A stretch of 32,000 nucleotides of DNA, taken from contig CAZPGO010000019.1 in the NCBI GenBank assembly GCA_964586355.1, forward strand, positions 5,345 to 37,344, written 5' to 3'. The notes beneath the pieces were generated by a model. It was not told where the DNA came from, made no database searches, and saw only the letters and a list, made by a program, of their open reading frames with translations. Source of the stretch: an uncultured archaeon (GTDB lineage: Archaea > Iainarchaeota > Iainarchaeia > Iainarchaeales > CSSED10-239). The translations under genes and the position numbers were made by a program. Of this stretch, positions 8,610 through 17,271 are shown piece by piece (position 1 is the first letter of the stretch; the number at the start of each line of letters is the position of its first letter).

Positions 8610-10808
8610 ATGGGAAGAAAAGAAATAGTTGCAGAACTTGCATCAAAATTAATGGCAAACACAAAAAATATTAGAAATTTAGCTATAATAGCACACATTG
8701 ATCATGGTAAATCAACATTAACTGATAATTTAGTTGCTACCGCCGGATTAATCTCAAAAGAACTTGCAGGACAACAAGTTTTTATGGATTCATATGTTTT
8801 AGAACAAGAAAGAGGAATAACAATTAACTCTTCAAATGTTTCTGTTCCTTGTGATTTTTTAGGAGAAAAATATCTTATTAATATTATTGATACTCCAGGT
8901 CACGTTGACTTTGGTGGAGATGTTATAAGAGCTATGAGAGCTGTTGATGGAGCTGTTTTAGTTGTTGACTGTGTGGAAGGAGTTATGCCACAAACAGAAA
9001 CTGTTTTAAGACAAGCATTAAAGGAAAGAGTAAAACCTGTTTTATTTATTAATAAAGTTGATAGACTAATAACAGAAATGAATGTTACTCCTGAGGATAT
9101 GCAAAAAAGATTTGTAAAAGTAGTAATGGATATTAATAATTTAATCTCTAAAAATGCACCAGAACAATTTGTAAAAGATTGGCAAGTAAGTATTAAAGAT
9201 GGATCTGTATGTTTTGGTTCTGGTTTTCATAACTGGGCATTATCTGTTCCTGCTATGGGTAGATATGAAATTAAATTTTCAGATGTTATTGATTATTGTA
9301 AAAATGATAAACAAAAAGATCTCTCTCAAAAAATACCAATTAGTGAAGTGTTTATAGAAATGGTTTCTAAGCATTTACCAAATCCTCTAGAAGCACAAAA
9401 ATACAGAGTGCCAATTATTTGGAGTGGAGATTTAGAAACACCTGAAGGAAAAGCAATGACCGAATGTAAAGCTACTGAAGATAATGTTGCTATGATGATT
9501 ACAGATGTTGTTTTAGATAAACATGCTGGAGATATTGCTTCTGGGAGAGTATATGCTGGATCTATAAAAAAAGGAATGGATCTAAAAGTACTTGGTTTAG
9601 ATAAAACTGCAAAAGTTCAACAAGTAGGAATCTATTTAGGTCCTGAAAGAGTAATATTAGATGAAGTTGTTGCAGGAAATATTGCTTGTATTGTTGGTAT
9701 GAAAGAAGTATATGCTGGTCAAACACTATCAAACAAAGAAATGAATCCTTTTGAAGACTTTATGTCTGATGTTGAACCAGTAATGACTGTGTCAATTGAA
9801 GCAAAGAATAGTAAAGATCTTCCAAAATTAATAGAAGTTGTTCACAATATTACAAAAGAAGATCCAAATATCCGAGCTGAACTAAATCAAGAAACAGGGG
9901 AGCACTTAATTTCTGGTATGGGTGAATTACATCTAGAAATAACACAATATAAAATAGAAAAAGATAATAATATCCCAATAACCGTAAGTCCACCAATTGT
10001 TGTATATTACGAAACTATTCAAAAAGCTTCTGAAGTTATTGAAGGAAAGTCCCCAAATAAGCACAATAAGTTTAAGTTTAGAATTGAACCAATATCAGAA
10101 GAGATGTTTGCTAAAGTTAAAGCAATTAAATTTGATGGCAAAATAAGACCTAATAAAGATACAGAAATAATCAAAAAATTCCAAGAAGCTGGTTTTGGTA
10201 CAGATGAAGCAAAAAATATTTGGGCTGTTCATAATAATTGTATATTGATTAATAGAACAAAAGGTATTCAAAATCTATTTGAAACAAGAGAATTAATCAT
10301 AGACGGTTTTAATGATGCTACAAAAGAAGGACCAGTAGCAAAAGAAAAAGTTTCAGGAATGATTGTTAATCTAGAAGATGCAACTCTTCACGAAGATGCA
10401 ATTCATAGAGGTCCAGCACAAGTTTTACCTGCTGTAACTAGACCAATATATGCAGCTATGCTTTCAAGTGATTATACATTATTAGAACCAAAACAAAATA
10501 TATCTGTTTCAGTACCACAAGATTTTATGGGTGCTGTTAATAAAGTTCTATCAGGAAGAAGAACACAAATAGAAAATATTAATATGGAAGGAGACTCTTG
10601 TGTTGTTATTGGAAAGATTCCTGTAAAGTCATTGATTGGGTTAAGTCAAGAGATGAGAGGAGAAACACAAGGAAGAGCTATTTGGACTGCAGAATATGCT
10701 GGTTACGAAAAGTTACCAAAATCTTTGCTTATGACTACAATTGCAGAGATAAGGACTAGAAAAGGTATGGATCCTGAACCAAAGTCTGCTGAGTTTTTTA
10801 TGGACTAG
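8610..10808 (+). CDS. fusA: Translation elongation factor 2 (aEF-2)
   Basis: G-domain motifs AHIDHGKST, DTPGHVDF, NKVDR. Diphthamide-loop motif HEDAIHRGPAQ. I prefer ATG 8610 over GTG 8601 because AGGTGA sits 6 nt upstream of 8610, the same spacing as for rpoA2, rps12 and rps7. Confidence 0.95.
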   Translation: MGRKEIVAELASKLMANTKNIRNLAIIAHIDHGKSTLTDNLVATAGLISKELAGQQVFMDSYVLEQERGITINSSNVSVPCDFLGEKYLINIIDTPGHVDFGGDVIRAMRAVDGAVLVVDCVEGVMPQTETVLRQALKERVKPVLFINKVDRLITEMNVTPEDMQKRFVKVVMDINNLISKNAPEQFVKDWQVSIKDGSVCFGSGFHNWALSVPAMGRYEIKFSDVIDYCKNDKQKDLSQKIPISEVFIEMVSKHLPNPLEAQKYRVPIIWSGDLETPEGKAMTECKATEDNVAMMITDVVLDKHAGDIASGRVYAGSIKKGMDLKVLGLDKTAKVQQVGIYLGPERVILDEVVAGNIACIVGMKEVYAGQTLSNKEMNPFEDFMSDVEPVMTVSIEAKNSKDLPKLIEVVHNITKEDPNIRAELNQETGEHLISGMGELHLEITQYKIEKDNNIPITVSPPIVVYYETIQKASEVIEGKSPNKHNKFKFRIEPISEEMFAKVKAIKFDGKIRPNKDTEIIKKFQEAGFGTDEAKNIWAVHNNCILINRTKGIQNLFETRELIIDGFNDATKEGPVAKEKVSGMIVNLEDATLHEDAIHRGPAQVLPAVTRPIYAAMLSSDYTLLEPKQNISVSVPQDFMGAVNKVLSGRRTQIENINMEGDSCVVIGKIPVKSLIGLSQEMRGETQGRAIWTAEYAGYEKLPKSLLMTTIAEIRTRKGMDPEPKSAEFFMD

Positions 10809-10840
10809 TTTTTTTTTAACTAGTTTTTCTTTTTTTTTAA
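10809..10840 (+). terminator. Oligo-T tracts downstream of fusA (archaeal-type terminator candidate)
   Basis: GTTTTTTTTTAACTAGTTTTTCTTTTTTTTT lies immediately after the stop codon. Several long T runs, one reaching T9. Confidence 0.35.
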
Positions 10841-10859
10841 AACCTATTTACACAAAATG

Positions 10860-10907
10860 TTGGACAGAATTCTTTTATATTTGGACAAAAACACTAAATC
10901 TTGGACA
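10860..10907 (+). promoter_or_regulatory. Three phased direct copies of TTGGACA (starts 10860, 10881, 10901)
   Basis: Seen directly. Spacing is 21 and 20 nt, in the intergenic region between fusA and the Lys-rich gene, upstream of TATA-like TTTATAAATG at ~10941. Confidence 0.3.
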
Positions 10908-11029
10908 AATCTTCTTTTTTTAATCTTTTTGTAGTAAATGTTTATAAATGTTTATGTAATATAATATAAATATTATATGTAATTCTTTTGGGGAAGAATT
11001 AAAATAAAAAACTGAAATGGAGGGATACC

Positions 11030-11254
11030 ATGGTTGCAACAAAAAAGAAAGCACCTACTAAGAAGGTTGTAAAGAAAGCACCTGCTAAGAAGGTTGTAAA
11101 AAAACCTGTAAAGAAGGTTGTAAAGAAAGCACCTGCTAAGAAGGTTGTAAAGAAACCTGTAAAGAAGGTTGTAAAGAAAGCACCTGCTAAAAAGGTTGTA
11201 AAGAAACCTGTAAAGAAGGTTGTAAAGAAAGCACCTGCTAAAAAGAAAAAGTAG
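11030..11254 (+). CDS. Lys-rich tandem-repeat protein (histone-H1-tail-like, putative nucleic-acid-binding)
   Basis: 74 aa composed only of M, V, A, T, K and P. The unit KKAPAKKVVKKPVKKVV is repeated. A strong SD GGAGGG lies 5 nt upstream of the ATG, and T-tracts follow the stop. Confidence 0.7.
   Translation: MVATKKKAPTKKVVKKAPAKKVVKKPVKKVVKKAPAKKVVKKPVKKVVKKAPAKKVVKKPVKKVVKKAPAKKKK
11045..11245 (+). repeat. In-frame 51-nt tandem repeat: three full units at 11072-11122, 11123-11173 and 11174-11224, plus partial flanking units
   Basis: Direct reading: AAGAAAGCACCTGCTAAGAAGGTTGTAAA(A/G)AAACCTGTAAAGAAGGTTGTA repeats with 1-2 substitutions per unit. Confidence 0.9.
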
Positions 11255-11338
11255 GTTTTTAATTTTTTTAATTTTTTAATTTTTTCTCTTTTTATTTTTT
11301 TATAAAAAAATCAAATATTTTTTAGAGATCTTAAAAAT

Positions 11339-12451
11339 ATGTTAAAGAAAATTGTTATTTTTGGTTCAGATACTAGTTATGGAAAAATAGCTTTTGATTT
11401 TTTTTCAAAGTTTTCTGATTCTTATAAAATTGTTGGTCTTACTTTTTCTAGTGATAGTTCTTTATTTCTTAAGCAATTAAAAGCTACAAATTCACAATTT
11501 GCTATGGTTTCAGATGAAAAGATATGTAAAGAAATTGAATTAAAATTAAACACTCCAAATTGTTTTTTTTTCTCAAAAGAGAATTCTATTAATTTTGTAA
11601 AAAATTCTGATGCAGATATTTATGTGTTTACTGAGTCAAATACTAGTACTTTAAAAAACATTTTATCTATAATATATGATCAAAAAGATGTTGTTTTAAT
11701 GTCTGTTGATCTAATTTTATTTTCTGGAAAAATTCTGAAATATGAAGCAAAATTAAAAGGCATTAATCTATATTCTATTACTTTACAAAACTATTCTTTA
11801 AATCAATTTTTAAAAGTTAGAAATATTAAAGAGTTGGACAAAATCATATTACTAACACAAAATAACAAATATACAAAAGAGGATGTAGAAGAATTTAAAA
11901 ATCAAAAAAAAGATTTCTATAGATTTAAAAAATGTTTTTATAGTTTTACAAAATTTAATTTAGTACAACAATTATATTTAATAAATTATTTATATGATAT
12001 TTCTCCAGAAAAATTTGACTATTTTAATCAAAGTAAGAATATTATAAGTCTCATTACTGAGTTTTCGGATGGTAGTAATTTAATTAATACCACAAATAAC
12101 GATATTTATCCAGTTTTATATTATTATTTTTGTAAAGACAAAGAAGGCTTTAAAGATAAAAACTCTTTAATTTCAGGAGATAAAATAAATTTGTCCTTAT
12201 CAAGATTAGATCTTTTAAAAGAGCCTTTTATTAAATTAGGTGTTGATTTTTTAAAAAAAGGCGGTTCTTTTCCAATTGTTTATTTTTTAGCTTTTGAAAT
12301 TTTAACTGAAAAATATTGGAATAATAAAATTAAGTATAAGGATATCTTAAAAAAGTTAGAAACCCTTTATAATGATAAAAAGTATTATGTTACAAAACCA
12401 GATCTTAAAACAATAATTGCTCTTAAAAAAAAATTAGAAAATAATCTATAA
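11339..12451 (+). CDS. Divergent 1-deoxy-D-xylulose-5-phosphate reductoisomerase (Dxr)-like protein with eroded cofactor and catalytic motifs
   Basis: 370 aa. By eye it is colinear with E. coli Dxr over the full length. [20 protein letters not shown] aligns with [35 protein letters not shown] aligns with [28 protein letters not shown] aligns with SMVRYQDGSVLAQ. The GSTGSIG, DSEH and HPQS motifs are not conserved. Confidence 0.5.
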   Translation: [370 protein letters not shown]

Positions 12452-13276
12452 TTTTATTTCTTTAAGATCTTCTGTTAAAACTATTTTTGAATTGCTTTTT
12501 TCTAAGGCTTGTTCTAGCATTTTTTTTGTTTTTAGAGAATTATTAATCTCTTCTATGGCGTATTTAGGAATTACATGACCAAAACAATATTTATTTTTTA
12601 AATTTATTTGGTATTTAAAAAATTGCGTACAATAATGAGATCCACCATAACCAACGGCTTCTGTCCAATTGTTTTCTTTTTTTATTTTTTCTTTATTATA
12701 ATATTTTAAGATTTCAATAATATTTTCAGCAATAAAGTTGATCCCTCTTAGATCGTTCCATTCTTCTAAACTAGATCCAATTTCTACAAAGATACTAGAG
12801 TATTCTATATAGGGTCCATGGTGTGTGGCTTCTTGTTTTGTTTTATATTTTTTAAATTCTTTATTTTTTATATTTATTTTTAGTATTATCTCTCTTAATA
12901 AGATTGGATCAGTTTTACATAAAAAACCAGGTTTTCCACCAAAATCCGCAGAGCCCCAATTACCGATTGCATGAGCTGAAAAAGATTTTTCTTTGTTTTT
13001 TGAGGTTGTTGAATGTTTGCTTAAAAAAATTACTTGCTCTATATTTTTTTCTAGACATTCTATCTTTTTATTAACTTCTTCTTCTGTTAGGTATATATGT
13101 AATTTCTCAAAATAGATCAAGAATATATCATTTATTGCATAATCTCCTTTTTCTTTATTTTCTTTAAGATAATAAACCTTTTCTTCTATCTCTTCAAAAT
13201 TATATTTATTAATTAAGCAATCAAAGAAATTATTTGAAGCAACATCCTCTTTTGAGCAAATAATTACAATATTCAT
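12446..13276 (-). CDS. dtdA: D-aminoacyl-tRNA deacylase, archaeal type (DtdA)
   Basis: MNIVIICSKEDVASNN N-terminus, HAIGNWGSADFGGKPG, EATHHGP, FVEIGSSLEEW and GYGGSHY all match conserved blocks of the archaeal tRNA_deacylase family. I prefer ATG at 13276 over the upstream TTG at 13294. Its stop overlaps the Dxr-like stop by 6 nt (convergent). Confidence 0.85.
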   Translation of the reverse strand: MNIVIICSKEDVASNNFFDCLINKYNFEEIEEKVYYLKENKEKGDYAINDIFLIYFEKLHIYLTEEEVNKKIECLEKNIEQVIFLSKHSTTSKNKEKSFSAHAIGNWGSADFGGKPGFLCKTDPILLREIILKINIKNKEFKKYKTKQEATHHGPYIEYSSIFVEIGSSLEEWNDLRGINFIAENIIEILKYYNKEKIKKENNWTEAVGYGGSHYCTQFFKYQINLKNKYCFGHVIPKYAIEEINNSLKTKKMLEQALEKSNSKIVLTEDLKEIKL

Positions 13277-13420
13277 AATATATTTTAGGTTCAACAGATT
13301 TATAAAATCTAATTTTCTTTAACCTTTATAATCTTTTCTAAAAAACAAATAGATTTATAACAATTTATTATAACCATATTTATTAGAAAGTAAATTTAAC
13401 TTAAAAGAGGTTGATAGAAT

Positions 13421-13774
13421 ATGATAAAGATCTTTACTAAACTTTATCCCTATAGACTAAATATAAAATCTAAAGAACCAGTTGATTTGGAAATAAAATT
13501 AAAAAACTTAAGTGCTTCTGCTAAACAAATAAGTATAGAACTAATTCCAGATTCTGATTTGTCATTTGAAAAAACAGGTTCTAAAAGAAATGAGTATAAA
13601 AGACTTGGAGTTATTAAGAGTAATGAATCTATAAATTTACACTATAGTGTTTACCCATTTACAGGTATAGTTCCAGGAAAACATTTTATTAAAATAATAG
13701 TTGGTGAACATACCGCTGATTATAATGTTGTTAATGAAAGTTATGAGGCTATGGTGTTAGTAAATACAGTATAA
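13421..13774 (+). CDS. Hypothetical protein, probably a small all-beta (Ig-like) domain
   Basis: 117-aa ORF with SD GAGGT upstream. It lies 11 nt upstream of glyA in the same orientation. No signal peptide and no recognisable motif. Confidence 0.45.
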   Translation: MIKIFTKLYPYRLNIKSKEPVDLEIKLKNLSASAKQISIELIPDSDLSFEKTGSKRNEYKRLGVIKSNESINLHYSVYPFTGIVPGKHFIKIIVGEHTADYNVVNESYEAMVLVNTV

Positions 13775-13785
13775 AAGGTTTTTTT

Positions 13786-15003
13786 ATGAATTACAAAGAA
13801 GAGATTTTAAGTTTTATAGATCTGGAAAAAAAAAGGCAAGAAAACACCGTAGAATTAATAGCTTCTGAGAATTTTTGTTCTAAAGATATAAGAAATGTAT
13901 GCGGTTCTATTCTAACAAACAAATATGCAGAAGGATATCCAAAAAAAAGATATTATTCTGGTTGTGAGTTTGTGGATGAAATAGAGCAAAGAGCAATAGA
14001 TCTTGCAAAAAAGCTATTTAAAAGTGATTTTGCTAATGTTCAACCTCATTCTGGATCAAATGCAAACATAATTTCTTTTTTTTCAGTACTTAATCCAAAA
14101 GATAAGATATTTGGTATGTCTTTAGATGCTGGGGGACATCTAACTCATGGTTTTAAATTAAATGCTTCTGGTATAAATTATGAAGCTTATCAATATGGCT
14201 GTGATGAAAATGGTTTTCTGGATTATGATCAAATACTAAAAGAAGCACAAGAGATTAACCCAAAATTAATAATTTGTGGAGCATCAGCTTACCCTAGAAA
14301 AATAGATTTTAAAAAATTTAGAGAGATTGCTGATTCTTGTGATGCCTATTTAATGGCAGATATGGCCCATATTGCTGGGCTTGTTGCTACTGGTCTTCAG
14401 GATTCTCCTGTGCCTTATGCAGATATTGTAACATCTACTACCCACAAAACCTTAAGAGGTCCAAGAGGTGGGTTTATTCTTGCAAAAGAAGTTCTAGAAT
14501 CTAATATAAATAGAGGTCTTTTTCCTGGTTTTCAAGGAGGCCCCTTAGAACATATTATTGCTGGCAAAGCCATTTGTTTTGCTGAAGCCCTAGAGCCCTC
14601 TTTTTTAGAATATCAAAAGCAGGTTTTAAAAAATGCAAAAATATTAGAAGAAGAGCTGCTTAATTATGGTTTTGATCTAGTTACTGGTGGAACAGATAAT
14701 CATCTTTTGTTATTAGATCTTAGAAAAAAAGAAATCTCTGGAAAAAAGGCACAAATACTTTTAGAATCTGCTGGAATATCAGTAAACAAGAATGCAATTT
14801 CTAATGATCCAAAACCTCCTGCAATAACCAGTGGAATAAGAATAGGCACTCCTGCAATTACTACTAGAGGATGTAAAGAGGAAGAAATGAGAGTTATTGC
14901 AAAATATATTTGTGATGTTTTATCTAATCCGACTGATGAGAGGCTACATAATAAAATAAAAACAGAAATTTCAAATATGTTAATAAATTTTCCTTTACCA
15001 TAA
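13786..15003 (+). CDS. glyA: Serine hydroxymethyltransferase
   Basis: ELIASENF, TNKYAEGYPKKRYY, VQPHSGSNAN and the PLP-lysine motif TSTTHKTLRGPRGG. 405 aa. Confidence 0.95.
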   Translation: MNYKEEILSFIDLEKKRQENTVELIASENFCSKDIRNVCGSILTNKYAEGYPKKRYYSGCEFVDEIEQRAIDLAKKLFKSDFANVQPHSGSNANIISFFSVLNPKDKIFGMSLDAGGHLTHGFKLNASGINYEAYQYGCDENGFLDYDQILKEAQEINPKLIICGASAYPRKIDFKKFREIADSCDAYLMADMAHIAGLVATGLQDSPVPYADIVTSTTHKTLRGPRGGFILAKEVLESNINRGLFPGFQGGPLEHIIAGKAICFAEALEPSFLEYQKQVLKNAKILEEELLNYGFDLVTGGTDNHLLLLDLRKKEISGKKAQILLESAGISVNKNAISNDPKPPAITSGIRIGTPAITTRGCKEEEMRVIAKYICDVLSNPTDERLHNKIKTEISNMLINFPLP

Positions 15004-15015
15004 AATTGATTTTTA

Positions 15016-15708
15016 ATGAGCATATTTTCTAAAAATAAACAAAAGTATTCTGAAGTTGTGTTACTTGTTCATCCATTATATAACGTCCTATATAATTTGA
15101 TTGAAAATAATACGTTTATAGAAAGTGTTTCTTCTGTAGAAGAACTATTTATTACTCTTAAAAAAGACAAAAAATTAAATGTTCAACTTAAAAAGTCTTT
15201 AGCTGCTTATGGAAAAAAGATCTTAGAATATAAAGATAAACCGAACACTGTTTTTATTCTTGTTGAAGCTTTGCCTACAAGACCAGTATTATCAACAAAT
15301 GAATTTGTATATAAGCAAATGTTGGATAAATTTGTTGCTTTTGGTAAAAAACATCTTAAAGAAAGATTTGTTATAACCTCTTCAAATCCAATAATTGGTG
15401 AAATAGATTCCAGATTAAGGAAAAAATTGGTTCCAAGATCTGTTTTAAAAAAATTAAAACCTAGTGTCTCAATTTCTGCTTTTGGGGAATATGCTGATAA
15501 GGGCAACTGTGTTAGAACTTGGAGTGCTTTTTTAGTGTCTATCTTAAGAGCTAATAAGATTAAGATAAATAATATTGAGATAATTAATGAAATATCTTTA
15601 TTTAAAAAAAGCTTTTCTGGAAAAAAGCTAAATGATAGACTAGATTTTGGTCATTCTAGAAGAGCAGCTCAAAAAAGAAAGAAAAAAATAAATATTAGAC
15701 GAAAATAA
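15016..15708 (+). CDS. Hypothetical protein with a basic C-terminal tail, sandwiched between glyA and thyX
   Basis: 230-aa ORF. Gaps to its neighbours are 12 nt and 15 nt, so it is likely co-transcribed. C-terminus is RRAAQKRKKKINIRRK. No family recognised. Confidence 0.5.
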   Translation: MSIFSKNKQKYSEVVLLVHPLYNVLYNLIENNTFIESVSSVEELFITLKKDKKLNVQLKKSLAAYGKKILEYKDKPNTVFILVEALPTRPVLSTNEFVYKQMLDKFVAFGKKHLKERFVITSSNPIIGEIDSRLRKKLVPRSVLKKLKPSVSISAFGEYADKGNCVRTWSAFLVSILRANKIKINNIEIINEISLFKKSFSGKKLNDRLDFGHSRRAAQKRKKKINIRRK

Positions 15709-15723
15709 GGGAGATGGAAATAA

Positions 15724-17247
15724 ATGAATGAATTTAAAAGAAAAATAAAGTTGCTAGATCATATTGTTTTAGAAGTAATAGAAAAAGAAAAAATACCATT
15801 AGTAGTATCCAATCAAAACTTTGCAGAAGCACACTCCAGAACTGTTGCAAGACTTAGTCAGAGTGCAAAATCTTTTGAGCAAATAGTAAAAGAGATATTA
15901 ACAGATGAGGGATTTGATAAAGAAAAGATTGGCAAATTCCATAAAGGAATAACTTTAGGAGTAGCACATCATTCTATAGAACAACATGGAAATGTTACTT
16001 TGTGTTTTGAAAACACAAGTATGCTTGTAACAAACAAATATTGTGAAAATAAAAGACTTGCTGCATACCTAGAAAAGTCTACAAGATATCAGGATTTTTC
16101 TAAGCCTTGTTATATTATTCCTAAGGAGTTTGATTTGCATGAAAATAGCGATCTTAAAAAAGAGTATGTTGAAACAATGGATTTTTTGTTTAGTACCTAT
16201 GCAATAATTTTGCCAAAAATAATTTCAAGAATAGAAAAGGAGTTAGAAAATAAGAATATTACTTTAGATCCAAAAAGTATTAGAAAAAAAGCATTTGATT
16301 CTGCAAGATATATATTGCCAGCAAGTGCTTATACCAATTTTGCAATTACTACAAATTCTCAGGTATTTAGATCTTTAATAGTAGATCTTTTATCAAATAA
16401 TATTACTGAATTTAATGAGATCGGAAAAGAAATGCAACAAGAACTAATTAAAGTATATCCAACACTTTTGGAAATGGAGACTTGTGTTATTAATAAAGAA
16501 AGAGAGAGGTTTAAAGATTCTTCTAGCAAAATAAATCCAATATCTTTAAATCCAAATAATAACAGTAATTTGAAGATAGATGATTTTGTTTTTGAAAATA
16601 TAGAAAATACAGTAAAAATTATAGAACACACAAGACACTCAGAAAAACTTTTAGTATATAATTATCTTTTAGATCTTGGGCATAGTGTTGATTATAGAGA
16701 AAATGAGGTCTTTTTAAATAATAATATTTTATCTAAAAAAGATTTAGAAAAATACCTAAAAGAAGCCTTTAACTTTGATTGTACCGGTTATAGACCACAT
16801 AGGGCTTTAGAGCTTGCAAACTATACCTTTGAAGGTATTGTTGATTTTGGTGCTTGGAGAGATCTTCATAGAAATAGAATGCTTACTTGGATAAGTAGTT
16901 TTGTTTCTCCAGAATATGGTTTTTCAATACCGGTGTTTTTGGAGGATTGTAGAGAAGAGTATCTTTTAGGTTTAAAAAAAGCCTATGGTTTTTGGACAAA
17001 ATTAATTAAAAGAGGATTTTCTAAGGAATTTTGTCAATATGTATGTCCATTAGCAACTAATGCTAAGATTTTGTATACCATAAATGCAAGAGAACTTGAT
17101 CATGTAAGTAAAACCAGAACTACAGAACACGCACATTTTTCATATAGATCTTTTGTTAATCAGTGTGTGTGTGAGGCTGAAAAAATAAACCCTGAAATTA
17201 TTAAGCATATTAAAAATTATTATAAAGAACCACATTCTTTTACATAA
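15724..17247 (+). CDS. thyX: Flavin-dependent thymidylate synthase-like protein with two tandem ThyX domains
   Basis: The C-terminal half has FGAWRDLHRNRMLTW (compare FVARQWFRHRIASY of T. maritima ThyX) and TINARELDHVSKTRTTEHAHFSYRSF (compare [26 protein letters not shown]). The N-terminal half has NKRLAAYLEKSTRY (compare RHRIASYNELSGRY) and ARYILPASAYTNFAITTN (compare ARIVLPLNLYTRFFWTVN). SD GGGAG upstream. Confidence 0.7.
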   Translation: MNEFKRKIKLLDHIVLEVIEKEKIPLVVSNQNFAEAHSRTVARLSQSAKSFEQIVKEILTDEGFDKEKIGKFHKGITLGVAHHSIEQHGNVTLCFENTSMLVTNKYCENKRLAAYLEKSTRYQDFSKPCYIIPKEFDLHENSDLKKEYVETMDFLFSTYAIILPKIISRIEKELENKNITLDPKSIRKKAFDSARYILPASAYTNFAITTNSQVFRSLIVDLLSNNITEFNEIGKEMQQELIKVYPTLLEMETCVINKERERFKDSSSKINPISLNPNNNSNLKIDDFVFENIENTVKIIEHTRHSEKLLVYNYLLDLGHSVDYRENEVFLNNNILSKKDLEKYLKEAFNFDCTGYRPHRALELANYTFEGIVDFGAWRDLHRNRMLTWISSFVSPEYGFSIPVFLEDCREEYLLGLKKAYGFWTKLIKRGFSKEFCQYVCPLATNAKILYTINARELDHVSKTRTTEHAHFSYRSFVNQCVCEAEKINPEIIKHIKNYYKEPHSFT

Positions 17248-17271
17248 AGATAAAAATGGTGTGTTAAAAAA

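Noticed and set aside
10857-10970. 37-aa ORF (MLDRILLYLDKNTKSWTNLLFF...) spanning the TTGGACA repeats
   Set aside because: No SD, and a hydrophobic, junk-like C-terminus running through the likely TATA region of the next gene. The third TTGGACA copy is in a different frame, so the repeats are not explained by a peptide repeat.
11045-11245. Regular 51-nt repeat array considered as a CRISPR or non-coding tandem repeat
   Set aside because: The units are contiguous with no unique spacers. They are in frame with a start codon preceded by GGAGGG and translate to a coherent Lys-rich repeat protein. This is a coding repeat, not CRISPR.
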